Below are positions 61,596 through 64,000 of a stretch of 64,000 bases of DNA, in pieces (position 1 is the first letter of the stretch; each line of letters begins with the position of its first letter). The notes under the pieces were generated by a model. It did not search any database. It saw only the letters and a program-made list of their open reading frames with translations, and was not told where the DNA came from. A program made the translations under genes and the position numbers. Source of the DNA: Trichosphaerium sp. ATCC 40318 (taxonomy: Eukaryota > Protista > Tubulinea); the NCBI GenBank assembly GCA_038496445.1, contig JALMLS010000256.1, forward strand, positions 62,001 to 126,000, given 5' to 3'.

Positions 61596-62182
61596 TTTGG
61601 TTTAATTAGAGCGATTAGTTCTTACTTTTGTTTATTGTTGTTGGGGATAGCCTTACCACTATTCAGAGGAAGTAAAGCAAGTGTAGGTTAAGTTGCCTTG
61701 CTTAATACATGTCTCTGCAGTTATTCAACATGGCAGTTCTGTATGAGGTTTTGCTTCAAAACAGAATCAAGATGGATATAGGTTATCAATAGATCATGGT
61801 TTAAAACAAGGCTTTGAAACGGGGTATGTAAAAAGGAATGTCACAAATCAATTTGAGATTGAGGGTATCCTGAAGTTCACAATGTGTTTCTCTTTCACTC
61901 CATCACCAGCACAAGTACAAAGTGATAAAAAGAATCAATTCGACTCTTATGTTGAAGCTAATTCCTTTCTGAGTAAAATAAATACATCTAACTGCACTAA
62001 CAGGCCATTACAAAGTTCAATACAAAATTCTCCACAAGCCAAAAATAGTGTATTGTTGACGAATGTGTCTAGAGTTGTTGTGATAAGGCTTGATAAACAA
62101 TACAAAGACCAACCTCAAAGAAAACGTCTACGTAAGCTAGTTGACTTTTTTTTTTTATTTTGGGATATTTTTATAAGCTTAT

Positions 62183-64000
62183 TTACAACATCAATAGAAC
62201 TAGCATTGATATGAGCAAAAGTGTTGAAACCATAATTGATGAGACTGATGAATCTCGGCATTTAGCCAAATCATTATCACAACATCCAGCGAAACTAGTG
62301 TACTCCACTGGTAGTGGGGATAAATCTCTTGAGCACGTGTTGAGATCATATTCAATTGTATTGATTACAGAAGTACAGTCATCGAACTGGTACTCGTTAA
62401 ACCGAATCTAGGTATTAGTTAGAGGTGTAATGTTATTAATGATTATACTGCGCACTCTTGTGAGACTTAAGCATGTAACATCGTAGTGTACTACGCCGGT
62501 GGATCCAGTCGATATTGAGTTACATTGACCAACAAAAACAAAGGCATCACCGATTGTATCTCCTACTGTTGAATTGCAGAATGTGTCATTTGGTGCGAAG
62601 TCTCTCTTAACTAGCCTGAATGACTTTGAAACAGGCGCAACAGGAGCAATTGATCCTGCTTCAGTTGGAGATACAGGTCCTACAGGAACACGTGTTGGAA
62701 GGTCATCAAAACCAGGAAGCTCTGGAGCAGGTTGATTTAACGGAGGAACAAATTCACCAGAGAAGCCACGTCCAACAGTGAAAGCATCAAAGCCTGGTAC
62801 AAAGTCAATAAAACTACAACAGCTAGTCAAAACTCCGTACCTCCAGTTGTGGAGAACTTGGTTGATAAGTCGATTGCAGCAGAAGGGTCTGTAATGCCAA
62901 TTTTTGTCAAAGCAGCGCTGATTTTATCTTCAAAGAAAGGGAACTTTGGTAATAGAGAACCAGCCATCTTTTCGCAGATAAACTTATTACATGAGTCGGT
63001 ATCAGGACAAATAGATTTGGCAATCTCAACTATCGTAAAGAAATTAACAATAAAGTAATGCAGTTTATTCTTACCGAATGGTTCTAGGTCTTCTTTGATT
63101 TCGTCTAATCTTAGTACGTTCTTAACAGTAGGTAGTATGCTTAAGGTATCAATGAAATCAATTATTGCAGGACCACATTCTCCAATCTTAATAGCTAGAT
63201 CACGGAACTCAATGAGCCAAGGTACGCACACTAGAAGCAGTGTTAGAAACAAAATTACTGACTGATAACAATCACGTGCATGTTGCGAGATCTGTACAAG
63301 TTTCTGTCGCAATAGAAACAATCTTTTCGGATGTCGTTCCGTCAAAAAATCTCAGAGGATCAGAATCACATGCATAGCATAGAGCACCGGCCTTAGTAAG
63401 TATAAGTATAACACTAGCTACACATCAACACGTACAGCAAATGCTGAGAGTCCAGCGACACACTTCAATCCACTTGTAGACAACTTTACTGAACTACTAA
63501 TGTATGATGCAATAAAATCTAGCGCAATAAGCTACGTATTCTTGTAAGAGTCTATGTTACGTACCAACTGCACATGTACGGACATCCGCAGGAATAACAA
63601 TATCTGATCCAATCGGTACTTCAATCACGGTAGCACCCTGAGTGTTATCAACGAAGTTGTCAAGAACAGTGTTTGCACTTGTTAAACCCTTTTCAATGAA
63701 ATCAACTAAAAAGTAAAACAGTCAGAGGATGAAGATTAGTGGCCACTATTGATTACCTGCGAAGCTCATAATAAACCTATTTGTAGCATAAAGGCCATTA
63801 ATAATAGCTAGTGTTTCGTCTTTACAGCAAGTTTGACCACCAGTATCTGGACATGCAGAGTTTGCTGGCCACTACGCCTTTCATTAGTTTTTTTTTGTAA
63901 CAATAGTTTTGCGTACTTCTTGTGGTGATGTTCGGAACGCTATGGTGAGTATTGCTGGGAGGAAATCATAACTACAAGTTTGTTGTGTGTTACGCTTTTT
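62183..64000 (-). CDS. 3' part of a large Cys-containing secreted/GPI-anchored protein (5' end outside window)
   Basis: Exons linked by short introns (e.g. a 27-nt GTACGG..TTGTAG intron joining ORFs 62827-63345 and 62408-62830); hydrophobic C-terminus VSTLLLISMLVLLML-stop. Confidence 0.55.

Noticed and set aside
61730-62214. Possible plus-strand gene (ORF 61882-62214)
   Set aside because: No recognisable motif or consistent exon chain; cannot be supported
1-64000. Non-standard genetic code suggested by fragmented ORFs
   Set aside because: Breaks are accounted for by short GT/GC-AG introns; long exons and intronless genes read cleanly in the standard code

Overview
Compact, AT-rich, intron-dense eukaryotic genomic DNA in the standard code, probably from an amoeboid protist (inferred from gene content). 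Introns are mostly ~30-100 nt, so most ORF-track entries are exon fragments or spurious; gene models were rebuilt by hand from splice sites and their ends are approximate. About 23 host genes are present: an MFS transporter, ACADSB-type acyl-CoA dehydrogenase, arylsulfatase, VWA8, a Ras-like/BTB protein, two NAAA/acid-ceramidase-family hydrolases (one saposin-fused), a COX23-like twin-CX9C protein, a C2 protein, a rhomboid with a broken dyad, a STAND-TPR protein, a double-hotdog thioesterase, four F-box-like proteins and several surface proteins. There is also one tRNA-Glu(TTC) and three copies of a TIR MITE. The main feature is a near-intact Ngaro-type tyrosine-recombinase retrotransposon (42618-47550, split direct repeats A1..B1-A2-B2) inside an intron of the thioesterase gene. 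After removing one 10-bp duplication, gag, RT/RNaseH and YR share one reading frame separated by single stops. One GTAAGT donor 11 codons into gag is phase-compatible with acceptors just behind each stop, predicting expression of all three proteins from one ATG by alternative splicing; the gag stop also has a CARYYA readthrough context. Other candidates for novelty are a CheD/CNF1-like Cys-His deamidase gene bracketed by two MITEs, and a ~70-aa repeat protein ending in a PD-(D/E)XK-like nuclease domain.
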